A stretch of DNA of 64,000 bases from the IMG/VR virus record IMGVR_UViG_3300021958_000026; one strand, written 5' to 3'. The DNA is from an uncultured virus (IMG/VR IMGVR_UViG_3300021958_000026). Lineage: Duplodnaviria; Heunggongvirae; Uroviricota; Caudoviricetes. Shown piece by piece: positions 8,686-17,451 of this stretch; position 1 is the stretch's first letter, and the number at the start of each line of letters is the position of its first letter. The position numbers and the translations under genes were made by a program. Below the pieces are notes generated by a model, which was given only the letters and a program-made list of their open reading frames with translations, made no database searches and was not told the DNA's origin.

Positions 8686-9207
8686 TTAGTTAAAAACTGT
8701 GTTCGGAAATGTCTTTTGTACGAACTTCTTATCAATGTTTTTGAATGGATTTACCTTGTCTTTGACTAGGTCAATCAACTCTGCTTCCTTAGCAGTAACA
8801 CCTTCTAGGAGTTGAATCCACATTGCTTCTCTTCGTACAGGTGGTACCTGTTCCGTTACAAAATATTTGAACTTCTTAAATTCAAATCGTAATGCAGTCT
8901 CAGTTAAGTCAGGGCCTGGTGCTGAGTTTTCACCGTATGGTGTTTTACCTTCAGGTAGTTGTGATACAATCTTATCATCAAACAACCATTGTAATACAGG
9001 TTTTACTGCACCGTTACGGTCACTGAATACTTGTAATCCAGTGATTGCATTTTCTTCTGACTCTGCAAGAACCAAGTCTGTTTGACATAGAATCTCGTAG
9101 ACATCTGCATTGTTAGTTAGTCGAACTCTCTTTTCGATGAGTTCCATTTTAGGTTTGTTAGGAGCACCCTTAGGTCTTCCTCTACCTCGTTTTTTCTCTT
9201 CTGTCAT
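8686..9207 (-). CDS. Conserved T4-like protein with N-terminal AT-hook
   Basis: KKRGRGRPKG; LPEG.TPY...RREAMWIQLLEG..EAEL motif. Confidence 0.7.
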   Translation of the reverse strand: MTEEKKRGRGRPKGAPNKPKMELIEKRVRLTNNADVYEILCQTDLVLAESEENAITGLQVFSDRNGAVKPVLQWLFDDKIVSQLPEGKTPYGENSAPGPDLTETALRFEFKKFKYFVTEQVPPVRREAMWIQLLEGVTAKEAELIDLVKDKVNPFKNIDKKFVQKTFPNTVFN

Positions 9208-10046
9208 AATTTAAAATCCTCGATATTATTTAGCAATTCATTCAGACGATGTGTTCTCAAGTAGTCAAATACTTTTCCACTTGGTACATCCACATTATCA
9301 AACTCACTTAGAATTTTGTCTTCCATGTCACTAGGAATGAAATCCAAATCAATAAGAGTTTGGTTTCGTAAGTAATTACGATAGTATTTATCGTCATTTT
9401 CAATGGTGATTCTCATATACTTATCAACCATTGGTTTACGAAGTGGAGTTTGCCTGATACCTTCATCCAAACAATTGTCATTGGATAGGATGTTTGGTAT
9501 ACCGTCTGACTTATCACCTCTAAGGATATGTTCTTTTAGGAATGCATTAGGGTCATCACACCGAATCATTTTGTTCAGGTTAGGTGAGAACTGTTGTACA
9601 CCCCTGTATTTGTGTAACTGTTGAAAGTCTTTATCACCACTCACAATAAGAATGTCTTCCTTATCACTGTAGTGTTTAGTGATGACTGCAATAATGTCAT
9701 CTGCTTCTGCTTGTTCTACGTACATATACTTGTACGGAAAGTTGTCTCTGATTTCTTCTTTGACTGTTTGGAGTGTATCGAATATCATCTTCCAATCCAT
9801 ATCAGATGCTTCACGTGCTTTCTTTCTGTTTGCTTTGTACTGAGGATAGAAGTCACGTCTCCATGGATTTGCAGCATCGGTACATAGTACAATTTGTCCG
9901 TAGTCACCACCGTGTCTTTTTTGGTAGTTACGAACAGAGTTAATAATCATATGACGAAGTAAATCTTCAGAGATTTCACCATCGTTCATTTTAAGTTGTG
10001 CCATCAAACCAGCAATAATGGTTTGAGTAAAGTCTATTAAAATCAT
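9204..10046 (-). CDS. rnh: RNase H / 5'-3' exonuclease (T4 Rnh)
   Basis: LIDF, WRRDFYPQYKANR, EADDII, SGDKDFQQL, GDKSDGIPN. Confidence 0.95.
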   Translation of the reverse strand: MILIDFTQTIIAGLMAQLKMNDGEISEDLLRHMIINSVRNYQKRHGGDYGQIVLCTDAANPWRRDFYPQYKANRKKAREASDMDWKMIFDTLQTVKEEIRDNFPYKYMYVEQAEADDIIAVITKHYSDKEDILIVSGDKDFQQLHKYRGVQQFSPNLNKMIRCDDPNAFLKEHILRGDKSDGIPNILSNDNCLDEGIRQTPLRKPMVDKYMRITIENDDKYYRNYLRNQTLIDLDFIPSDMEDKILSEFDNVDVPSGKVFDYLRTHRLNELLNNIEDFKL

Positions 10047-10855
10047 TTTATCACTTTTACTAATAATGTATTTTTGGTAATCAAATTGTTTCCGTCCTTT
10101 TCTTTTGACCTTGGTATCTCATCTAAGAAACCTTTAGCAATAATATTACCACCCACTACCAGTCTATCAAGTAATTGCAAATCTGTCAAGGTCTTTTCTT
10201 TACAAGTATTATATCCTGTAATACGAGAACCCTTAACTGACAATCCTCCGTTACCTGCATCAAACTGTGTAAGTTTTTTAGATGAAGTGTTGTAAGTGTA
10301 AAGCATCCTTGCACGAATAATTTCTTCAGGGTTAATCGATTCGTACTTGGTAAACTTCTGTTGGTAAGGTAATTTACGAACCATCTGTTTAGGTGTTTTG
10401 ATACGAACCTTACGTACAGGTTTGTATTCTTCAACGTATGCATCCACATCTTTTTCGATGTCTTGTAAAAATTTGATGAATCGTTTACGTTGAGGTTTGG
10501 TGAGGAAGTTGTATGCCTCTTCTATTTGTTCACACCCTTCTTTGTTTTCCAGTTCCTTTATCTGTTCGTTTAATAGTCCTCGCATGTATGCAACAACCTT
10601 ACCACTGTATTCTAGTTGTTTTAAATACTTGGACATGGAGAAAGAATTCTTACAGTCGTTATCTACAAACTTATCAATTTGTGCATCGACTTCAACATAA
10701 GCATCCAGTGCTTTCTGTCGCATTCTTTCTTGAATATTAACCACCTTGACTCCCTGCAAATTGGAAGTTACCTGCAATACTAATTCGTTCTGCACCTTCT
10801 TTATAGAAAGAGTGAACACAATGTTGCAACCATGATGGGAACATAATAATATCAC
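10043..10855 (-). CDS. Conserved T4-like hypothetical protein (real start probably ~10743)
   Basis: SINPEEII...YNT..KKL...GLSVKGS.I motif. Confidence 0.65.
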   Translation of the reverse strand: MILLCSHHGCNIVFTLSIKKVQNELVLQVTSNLQGVKVVNIQERMRQKALDAYVEVDAQIDKFVDNDCKNSFSMSKYLKQLEYSGKVVAYMRGLLNEQIKELENKEGCEQIEEAYNFLTKPQRKRFIKFLQDIEKDVDAYVEEYKPVRKVRIKTPKQMVRKLPYQQKFTKYESINPEEIIRARMLYTYNTSSKKLTQFDAGNGGLSVKGSRITGYNTCKEKTLTDLQLLDRLVVGGNIIAKGFLDEIPRSKEKDGNNLITKNTLLVKVIK

Positions 10856-11405
10856 CTACTTGAGGGTAGTGTTGATATTGTGAAAAGTTCATCCAGTTCA
10901 TTTCACCGTATTTTAGTTCAAGTGAACCACCTAGTGACTGACCTTTTTGTCTGTCGAAATGATTATCCAATGCTTCTTCATAAGAGATATCATTCTTAGT
11001 GTACATTACAAATGACCACATTCCATCATGTAGGTGAGGGGGGTTGTACTCGTTTGCTTTTTGAATGTTAACCCATAGTGCATCAACTAGACATTGATTG
11101 ATATCAAAATTTCCGAATTCATAACCAGTAACCTTTTCTATTCCATCACACATATTACTTAAGTGTTGATGTAGATGAGCATAGACTCTATCAGAGCAGA
11201 GGTCTGAAATATTGTATTGTTGAATGATACGTCCTGCAAGACGGTCACCCATATCACGTGACTCATCATTCCTAACAGTATCAACATGTGTTTGAAGTTC
11301 ATGTAAAATATTTACATCTAATTGACCCACATAAACTGGTGGCCCAAAAGGTGCAAATACATGACCTTGTGTTTTAGTCCAATCTTCTGGCATTCCTGTA
11401 TTCAT
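10737..11405 (-). CDS. 2OG-Fe(II) oxygenase
   Basis: WVNIQKANEYNPPHLH...FPSWLQHCV...RISIAGN. Confidence 0.85.
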   Translation of the reverse strand: MNTGMPEDWTKTQGHVFAPFGPPVYVGQLDVNILHELQTHVDTVRNDESRDMGDRLAGRIIQQYNISDLCSDRVYAHLHQHLSNMCDGIEKVTGYEFGNFDINQCLVDALWVNIQKANEYNPPHLHDGMWSFVMYTKNDISYEEALDNHFDRQKGQSLGGSLELKYGEMNWMNFSQYQHYPQVGDIIMFPSWLQHCVHSFYKEGAERISIAGNFQFAGSQGG

Positions 11406-11407
11406 AA

Positions 11408-11740
11408 TTAATTCTTATGTAGTTTAACAAAATATTCTGCATCAACAAGTACTAAAGGTTTGGTACGATTACGTTTGATAACTACAAGAGGTTCATACCC
11501 TTTGCAATTCTCAGTTGCCTGTTCGTATGCTTTCCAAACATTTACTGCTTCTTGATTCTTACATTCTACACTATAAGGGAAGATTTGTCTAGTCTGTTTT
11601 CCCATAATGATGTCCTCACCTTGAGAACCCATTGGACGTGACTCTATATCTTCTTCGTCTGCACCTAGTGTTTCAACTAAAAGACTCGCAAACCATTGTT
11701 GTAGTTTTCGTCCCTTAGCTTTCGCTGAACTTGTTTTCAT
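11408..11740 (-). CDS. Holliday-junction resolvase-like PD-(D/E)XK nuclease
   Basis: SAKAKGR, GEDI, SVECKNQE, PLVVIKRNR. Confidence 0.75.
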   Translation of the reverse strand: MKTSSAKAKGRKLQQWFASLLVETLGADEEDIESRPMGSQGEDIIMGKQTRQIFPYSVECKNQEAVNVWKAYEQATENCKGYEPLVVIKRNRTKPLVLVDAEYFVKLHKN

Positions 11741-12350
11741 AATCTTCAGGGTTGGGTGATTTTTGTCTTAGACATTCGTAAGGAATGTAGAGGTCACCTT
11801 CTTCTTCAGGAATGTAAAGGTGATTAATCATTGAACGGTTACAAGTGTCGATTGCATCGTAGACACTCTCCACTAAACTTTCTCCACCCAAGTTAAACGA
11901 GGTGTTGAAAATAATAGGAGTCCCAGTTCTTTCTCCAAACTTTTTAATTAGATTGTAGTAGACTGGATTGCCTTCTTCGGTTACGGTTTGAATTCGACAC
12001 GTACCATCTGCATGAACGAGAGAAGGAATCTCTTCGTATGCTTTGTCTTTAGCTTGAATTGCAAAAGACATGTAAGGTGAACCGTGTTCTTCTAATTGCA
12101 ACATATCAAAGTATTCACTTGCATGTTCTTTAAGAACACTACATGCAAAAGGTCTGTAGTCTTCTCTCTGTTTGACCTCGTTGACAATTTGTTTTGCTTC
12201 AGGATGACGTGGGTCAAATATGATGGAACGATTTCCTAATGCACGTGGGCCCCATTCAGACTGACCTTGATAGATTGCAACGATTTGTTGGTCATCAATG
12301 AGTTGGTCTAAGACCTCATCCATATCACGAATAATATTTGTTACAATCAT
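11715..12350 (-). CDS. Carbamoyltransferase C-terminal (YrdC-like) half, NodU/CmcH family
   Basis: EWGPRALGNRSII.DP, RPFA, HADGTCRIQTV, NTSFNLGGE. Confidence 0.9.
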   Translation of the reverse strand: MIVTNIIRDMDEVLDQLIDDQQIVAIYQGQSEWGPRALGNRSIIFDPRHPEAKQIVNEVKQREDYRPFACSVLKEHASEYFDMLQLEEHGSPYMSFAIQAKDKAYEEIPSLVHADGTCRIQTVTEEGNPVYYNLIKKFGERTGTPIIFNTSFNLGGESLVESVYDAIDTCNRSMINHLYIPEEEGDLYIPYECLRQKSPNPEDYENKFSES

Positions 12351-13540
12351 TCTTCTTCTCCATTTAATGTTTCAGTTACTTCCTCAACGATTTTATCCTC
12401 TAAGTGTCTTGCAAGATTTAATGTAACTCCAACTGCAGTTCCACCATCGTGTGCAATAGGGTCAACGAAAAATTCTACATCAGGGAATCGTTGCATGTAC
12501 TTATAATTGTTTGTACAGTTCAACGAGTAACCGCCTGAGAGGACGATTTTCTTAAGGTCAGGGTTTAGGTCTAATGCACGTTGAATAATTGCACAGGAGT
12601 GTTCTAAGGACTCCAGTTCACATTGTTGTGCTACTGTATGTCTAGAAAACACATTGTCTGTAATCGGTTGAGGTGCATAAGATGCCATACCCATAACCTT
12701 ACCTGCTGCACGACCTTTTGTATCACATCCTAATGCATAGGACAGATTACTAAAGTTCATACCACATGAGGGTAGGGAAGTGAACACTGTTGGTACACCT
12801 TCAATCTCAACTTCTAAATCGTCAGGACAATCCAAACAATTTTCTAACATGTTAACAAACCCATCAGCTTTCCACTCACTTAATCCTCTATGATTAGAGA
12901 GTCTTTGCCATTGTAACTTGGGTTCTGTGTGTTTAGAATCGATACGATAGATGGATTCAATTTCTTGATAATTAGGATAACGTTCATAGTGTCTCATGGC
13001 ACCACCACCGTCCCATGCGATTGCAATCACTGGTTCATCGTCTGCATACCAAGGTGAGAAATAATATCCACACTCTGCATGATACAAATGATGTTCAGTT
13101 TCAAAATGATATTTGTCCACTCCAAGTTGTTGTGCCATCTTGTCATGGATAGTGTTATCACCGTCTAGTAGTTCTTCCTTAATCGTAATACGAGGTTTTG
13201 CACCTTTAACATTGAACTCTTCCATGATAAGTTCAAGACGACTACGAGTTACTTGTTCGTGTGCAAAGGCATTTGCAATATCGATTTGTAGTCTACGGTC
13301 TTGTTTAACTTCTTCAGATAAACCTAAGAGAAGAACTCTACGGTCAAAGGATGCAAATGCAAGGTGTTCAGGTGTTTCAATACCACGTTGAACAATGGTT
13401 AAGAGTTCTGCTTCACTCTCTGAAGGTGACCAATACTTGTCACGTCTGTGTCTTTCTTCTTCCCACACATTCGTAATCTCACCGTCTTTAAAGGTAACAA
13501 TCGAAGTATCGTGTGAAGAATTAATCGCAAGAATTTCCAT
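12347..13540 (-). CDS. Carbamoyltransferase N-terminal (Kae1-like) half
   Basis: HDTS, EEERH.R.K, HHLYHA, DGGG, GKVMGMASY, LSGGYSLNC..N, DGGTAVG. Confidence 0.9.
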   Translation of the reverse strand: MEILAINSSHDTSIVTFKDGEITNVWEEERHRRDKYWSPSESEAELLTIVQRGIETPEHLAFASFDRRVLLLGLSEEVKQDRRLQIDIANAFAHEQVTRSRLELIMEEFNVKGAKPRITIKEELLDGDNTIHDKMAQQLGVDKYHFETEHHLYHAECGYYFSPWYADDEPVIAIAWDGGGAMRHYERYPNYQEIESIYRIDSKHTEPKLQWQRLSNHRGLSEWKADGFVNMLENCLDCPDDLEVEIEGVPTVFTSLPSCGMNFSNLSYALGCDTKGRAAGKVMGMASYAPQPITDNVFSRHTVAQQCELESLEHSCAIIQRALDLNPDLKKIVLSGGYSLNCTNNYKYMQRFPDVEFFVDPIAHDGGTAVGVTLNLARHLEDKIVEEVTETLNGEEE

Positions 13541-13573
13541 AATATATTTTCCTGTTTTATTTTATATAGTTAT

Positions 13574-13738
13574 TTAGGAGTCCGAATATTTTCTTTCCAG
13601 TTGCTCTATTGTTACCAAGTCATCGTCAATAAACATATTAATGATGTCTCGTTTACCTTGTTTCCATCCTGCAAACCAAGAACCTCCTGCACATGCAAGA
13701 ATAAAAACAGCGTGAATTAAAATTAAATCTGTGGTCAT
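13574..13738 (-). CDS. Small membrane protein (not in ORF track)
   Basis: MTTDLILIHAVFILACAGGSWFAGW...KYSDS*. Confidence 0.55.
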   Translation of the reverse strand: MTTDLILIHAVFILACAGGSWFAGWKQGKRDIINMFIDDDLVTIEQLERKYSDS

Positions 13739-13923
13739 ATACCATTCTCCCAATCGATGTCATCGTCATCCTTATTACGTTTAGGAAACGACAACTTATC
13801 TTTGTATTTATCCCAGTAAAATGTTACCACTGCATACAACCCAGTAAGTATCATCACCCAAAATAAAAGTGTAAATATTAAATGATACATGAAAAGAGGA
13901 AAGTTCCAAAACACATCCCACAT
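13735..13923 (-). CDS. Small membrane protein
   Basis: Hydrophobic N-terminal half; AGGAG RBS. Confidence 0.6.
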   Translation of the reverse strand: MWDVFWNFPLFMYHLIFTLLFWVMILTGLYAVVTFYWDKYKDKLSFPKRNKDDDDIDWENGI

Positions 13924-13924
13924 A

Positions 13925-14104
13925 CTATTCTCCTTTAGCGAAGTGTAACCTTCGTTCTACTATTTCACGAACATCTTTTTCTTTGTACCAAAGTCCACTA
14001 AACATTTGTGTGGAATCAGGCCATTCAACGATGTATCGTTTATACCCATAAGGACGTTCATAAAAAATACGAACATCCCCATAACTTTCTACTAATACTC
14101 TCAT
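13925..14104 (-). CDS. Hypothetical protein, 59 aa (not in ORF track)
   Basis: MRVLVESYGDVRIFYERPYGYKRY...AKGE*; ATGA overlap. Confidence 0.6.
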   Translation of the reverse strand: MRVLVESYGDVRIFYERPYGYKRYIVEWPDSTQMFSGLWYKEKDVREIVERRLHFAKGE

Positions 14105-14439
14105 GATATTGTATTAAATAAATTCCTTAATAAAAAGAATAACCCTGCACCGTTTAAAATAATCAATGCACGGTCATTCCATAAGACGGACACTACTAAC
14201 CATAGGACGATGCCGATGATGGACATGACTAGGTCATAGAGTTGAAACCCTTCGACTCCTCGCATCGACATTGCAACCAAAACAAATGCAGATGCAACCC
14301 ATTTAAGATACCAGTCTAAGGTATACTTAGGAGTTGCAGATTTAAATATTCGTGGGGATTTTAATTTCCCAATCTGTTCTTTTTGTTCTTCTGTAAATTC
14401 TATTTTTGGCACGTTACCTCCAACGTCTTTGCTAACCAA
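14101..14439 (-). CDS. Conserved three-TM membrane protein (start uncertain)
   Basis: WYLKWVAS...W.DRALIILN motif. Confidence 0.65.
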   Translation of the reverse strand: MVSKDVGGNVPKIEFTEEQKEQIGKLKSPRIFKSATPKYTLDWYLKWVASAFVLVAMSMRGVEGFQLYDLVMSIIGIVLWLVVSVLWNDRALIILNGAGLFFLLRNLFNTIS

Positions 14440-14550
14440 CTAGGGTCAATCGCAAATGCAATTATTAAAATAAACATGGTGACGAGTGTCACCATGTTTA
14501 GAAAGAACCATAGGATTGCTACGATATTCGTAAAACCTTTCCATGCAAAA

Positions 14551-16122
14551 TCAAGCACCAGTCAACTCCTTAAAGTAAGTGTCATGGTCATAATCCAAGT
14601 CATAATTCTCTTGAATATATTCTGCAAAGTGGTCTGCTCTCATATTTAAACGTTTACCGTTTATTTGTTTTGATGTTACGACTAGGTTGTCCATGGTAGT
14701 TTCACCACCAAGTGAATGTAACACATAGTGGTCTCCTACTGCACGGTCAAGTGTCAAAGGCACTCCAGTCCAAAAACACTTACCACCTTGTTCAGTCAGT
14801 CTTTGACTTTTCTCTTCGTCAGTAAAGGCACGCTTACCATCTTTTTTTGTGATACCCCACTCTTTAGGAGTGCAGGTATCTAGTACTTTTTTAATCGTCC
14901 CAATTGCAACTGCATTCTTACCACCAAACAATTGTTTGAAGGGTTGCATGACAGCAGCTGGGGGTGCATCATCGGAATTCTCTGCCTTCTCTGCAGTCCA
15001 CATGGTTTCTTTTTCAAAAAGTCTTTTCGTCATGCAACTCCAGTCGGTATAAATCTTGTCGAATTGAAGACCAAACTTAACAGGGTCTAACGAAACTGTT
15101 GGAGTGAGTTTTCTTCCAGTGCCTTTACCTGTGATGTCAATCAGTGACACTGCATAACACACCATTATCAACGAAACCATAGGCGACAAACGTTGTCTGT
15201 TAGGATAGTTCGAAATAATATTGAGTGCAAGGTTAAGAATCTGTCTGATAAGTTTTTCATCGGTATAGTTTACTGCAAAGATACCACCACTTTTTTGAAT
15301 TTCCTTTACCCACTTGGTTTGCATTGCTTGTGAGGATATACCTTTTTTCCAATCTTTACCGTATGAAAACAAGTAACACAAGTTCTGTAACCATTCGTCC
15401 ACTTCCATTCTACCGTTGAGTTTAAACCCTTTAGAGAAATAGTTGAGTGTTTGTTTGCCGTTTCTATCGGTGGTTCTCTGAAACAGAGGATGCACAAATT
15501 GTGAATACTGTGCAAGACCATCGTCTCTTGCAGTGTTACGAACAAAGTCAGAATACACACCCAACACGGCGTTTCGCATTTCTTGATGATTCATGGTATT
15601 GACATTGTTCAGAATTTTAATAAACAAGTTAGACGTTTCTTGGTCGTCTAAATTAACATACCACTTACAAGATATCTCATAGTTGCGAATTGCATCCTTG
15701 ACTTCATCAGGAAGTTCAGAATACAAGAGACCACTATAGTCTGTGTTTCTAAAAATAGTTTTAGGTGCAAGAGGAAACCCATCCTGCATATAGTCTAGGG
15801 GTGCAGAGGTTCTCTGTTGCCCATCGGTGAGTTCAAACCTCAGTGGACTCATCACTCGAATGTGAATTTCAGGAATGGACTTGTATCCTTCCTCTAAAAT
15901 AGTTTTAAGGACTTCCTGTTTCCACGGTACCGAAGCCACCTTTTCACGCTGGTAGGTACGTACACCTGTGAAGAAGTTTTTCTCTTTGAAACAAGAGTCG
16001 AATAACCAATCGATAGTCACTCCACCCTTAATAAAAGTCGAAGTCCCCTCATCGAAGGTTGGTTGAAATTCCGTGACAAAGTTTTCTTTGTCAGGGTCTA
16101 GTACATAGTTATGTTTTGTCAT
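14551..16122 (-). CDS. GmrSD-like protein: DUF262/ParB-like domain plus C-terminal HNH nuclease
   Basis: YQRE, DGQQR, LFIKILN, QEMRNA; CFWTG...GDHYVLHSLGGETTMDNL...N. Confidence 0.8.
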   Translation of the reverse strand: MTKHNYVLDPDKENFVTEFQPTFDEGTSTFIKGGVTIDWLFDSCFKEKNFFTGVRTYQREKVASVPWKQEVLKTILEEGYKSIPEIHIRVMSPLRFELTDGQQRTSAPLDYMQDGFPLAPKTIFRNTDYSGLLYSELPDEVKDAIRNYEISCKWYVNLDDQETSNLFIKILNNVNTMNHQEMRNAVLGVYSDFVRNTARDDGLAQYSQFVHPLFQRTTDRNGKQTLNYFSKGFKLNGRMEVDEWLQNLCYLFSYGKDWKKGISSQAMQTKWVKEIQKSGGIFAVNYTDEKLIRQILNLALNIISNYPNRQRLSPMVSLIMVCYAVSLIDITGKGTGRKLTPTVSLDPVKFGLQFDKIYTDWSCMTKRLFEKETMWTAEKAENSDDAPPAAVMQPFKQLFGGKNAVAIGTIKKVLDTCTPKEWGITKKDGKRAFTDEEKSQRLTEQGGKCFWTGVPLTLDRAVGDHYVLHSLGGETTMDNLVVTSKQINGKRLNMRADHFAEYIQENYDLDYDHDTYFKELTGA

Positions 16123-16208
16123 AAGCAGTCCTCCATGGACGTTTTTAAATATGTTGTTGTCTTAAGAACCTTTCTTAAATTTAACATATTCGTTATTAAT
16201 TATATTCA

Positions 16209-16240
16209 TTATACACAATAATGGGTGTAATGTCTAGGGG
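16209..16240 (-). promoter_or_regulatory. Sigma70-type promoter for the GmrSD-like gene
   Basis: TAGACA...TGTG-TATAAT on the minus strand. Confidence 0.65.
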
Positions 16241-16255
16241 AAAAATAAATAAAAG

Positions 16256-16408
16256 ATGAATAAACATCTAAAAGAAGTCGGAATGTCCTATATGGTACAC
16301 CTAGTCCACGCTTGGAAAATTGCAGGAATATTAATCATTCACGGAATATTCCCCAGTATATACACTCACAAAGCAAGGGACTTAATTAATCAGACTCACA
16401 AGCTATAA
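16256..16408 (+). CDS. Small membrane protein, DUF6356-like (not in ORF track)
   Basis: MNKHLKEVGMSYMVHLVHAW...IIHGIFPSIYTHKA; ATAAATA late promoter just upstream. Confidence 0.65.
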   Translation: MNKHLKEVGMSYMVHLVHAWKIAGILIIHGIFPSIYTHKARDLINQTHKL

Positions 16409-16627
16409 TATCTCATAATCTTTTATAGATGCAATAAAAATATCTTCGTATCTATCGTTGAGTATGTCGTAGCAAATAATACGCTCAGACTCTTTCTGTG
16501 ACTTAATAATAGTGTCATGTAGAGTGTAAGTAGAGGTAATCATTCTTCCACTTTTCATACTCTTAAACGTAATACGGACTTGGTTTCCCTTTAAATCCTT
16601 GTGTAGACGGTCAAAGGAGACAACCAT
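16403..16627 (-). CDS. Small hypothetical protein (SH3-like)
   Basis: VRITFKSMKSG...CYDI..D.YEDI. Confidence 0.6.
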   Translation of the reverse strand: MVVSFDRLHKDLKGNQVRITFKSMKSGRMITSTYTLHDTIIKSQKESERIICYDILNDRYEDIFIASIKDYEIL

Positions 16628-16824
16628 CAGTGGTCTTCCTTCAGTATAGGGAAATCAATGTACTCGCAGTGAGTGTTGTCTTTGTTGCAAATAAGCACAT
16701 TAGTCCAAACAAAACACTCATGATTGTCACACTTCCATTTAATAAGGTTATCGTTCGGCAGTATCGTGCAACCTGATAAAAAGGTTACGGAAGTGAAAAT
16801 GGCCAGAAAAAAAATTTTAGTCAT
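16627..16824 (-). CDS. Small Cys-rich lipoprotein
   Basis: Lipobox LSGC plus four further Cys. Confidence 0.6.
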   Translation of the reverse strand: MTKIFFLAIFTSVTFLSGCTILPNDNLIKWKCDNHECFVWTNVLICNKDNTHCEYIDFPILKEDH

Positions 16825-16834
16825 GTGTTTATAT

Positions 16835-16918
16835 ATCCACTGAGAATATTAAAGGTGGGGGGTTTAGTCGTTTCTCAGACCGTCTAGGAGTCCCTCAGCA
16901 CTGTTCTAAGACGTTCCC
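16835..16918 (-). ncRNA. Candidate structured RNA C (T-loop, possible pseudoknot)
   Basis: CGTCTTAG/CTAGACG stem, GTC-TGAGAAA-C-GAC hairpin, GCTGAGG/TCTCAGT pairing. Confidence 0.3.
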
Positions 16919-17143
16919 CTATACGTACCCCTTAGTCCACTCTTTGAACTCCTCAGAGACCAGTCTACGCAGTTCTACGATATGACCCTTTGATTGCAAC
17001 TCTGAGAGCATCCTATCTGCCTCTGAGAGACTCACAGGGGTCTCTGTGCGCTTCATTAAACCCATATAACTGTTGACACGAGTCCAATCACCTGTTATAG
17101 GGACGACCTTAGTGTCAATACTGTACACATCAAATAGATACAC
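16919..17143 (-). CDS. Hypothetical protein
   Basis: GAGGA RBS 5 nt before GTG at 17143. Confidence 0.55.
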   Translation of the reverse strand: MYLFDVYSIDTKVVPITGDWTRVNSYMGLMKRTETPVSLSEADRMLSELQSKGHIVELRRLVSEEFKEWTKGYV

Positions 17144-17174
17144 GTCTATCCTCTTGTTTATAACCTTGTTCAAG

Positions 17175-17285
17175 AAAAGGTGGGGGTCTTTCTCATTCCC
17201 CCCATGGATGGTCTCGGTGGTGTCTACCCCAGTGCCGTCACATTATTCATTACAAATACAAGAGTCTGCACTGGTTACTCTTATG
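17175..17285 (-). ncRNA. Candidate structured RNA B (pseudoknot plus T-loop hairpin)
   Basis: ATAAGAGT/ACTCTTGT stem whose loop CCAGTGC pairs with GCACTGG; GGGGG..TGAGAAA..CCCCC; TG-A-TATAAT upstream. Confidence 0.35.
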
Positions 17286-17320
17286 TGTCTATTATATCAT
17301 ACTTCTCACCAAATTAAAAG

Positions 17321-17403
17321 GGGAAAAAACGTCAAGCAGTTAATGTCTAGTCCATCATCATGGGATTCTCACCCACTTGGAGGACGCCAGAAGACGTTTT
17401 CCC
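17321..17403 (-). ncRNA. Candidate small RNA A (T-loop)
   Basis: Ends pair (GGGAAAACGTC/GACGTTTTTTCCC), inner GTGGG-TGAGAAT-CCCAT; starts just after an early promoter and ends in a U tract. Confidence 0.4.
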
Positions 17404-17416
17404 AAACAACATAGGT

Positions 17417-17449
17417 AGTATATCAAAAAATGAGGGGCTTTGTCAACCC
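17417..17449 (-). promoter_or_regulatory. Early promoter cassette
   Basis: GGG-TTGACA-AAGCCCCTCATTTTTTGA-TATACT. Confidence 0.85.
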
Positions 17450-17451
17450 TT

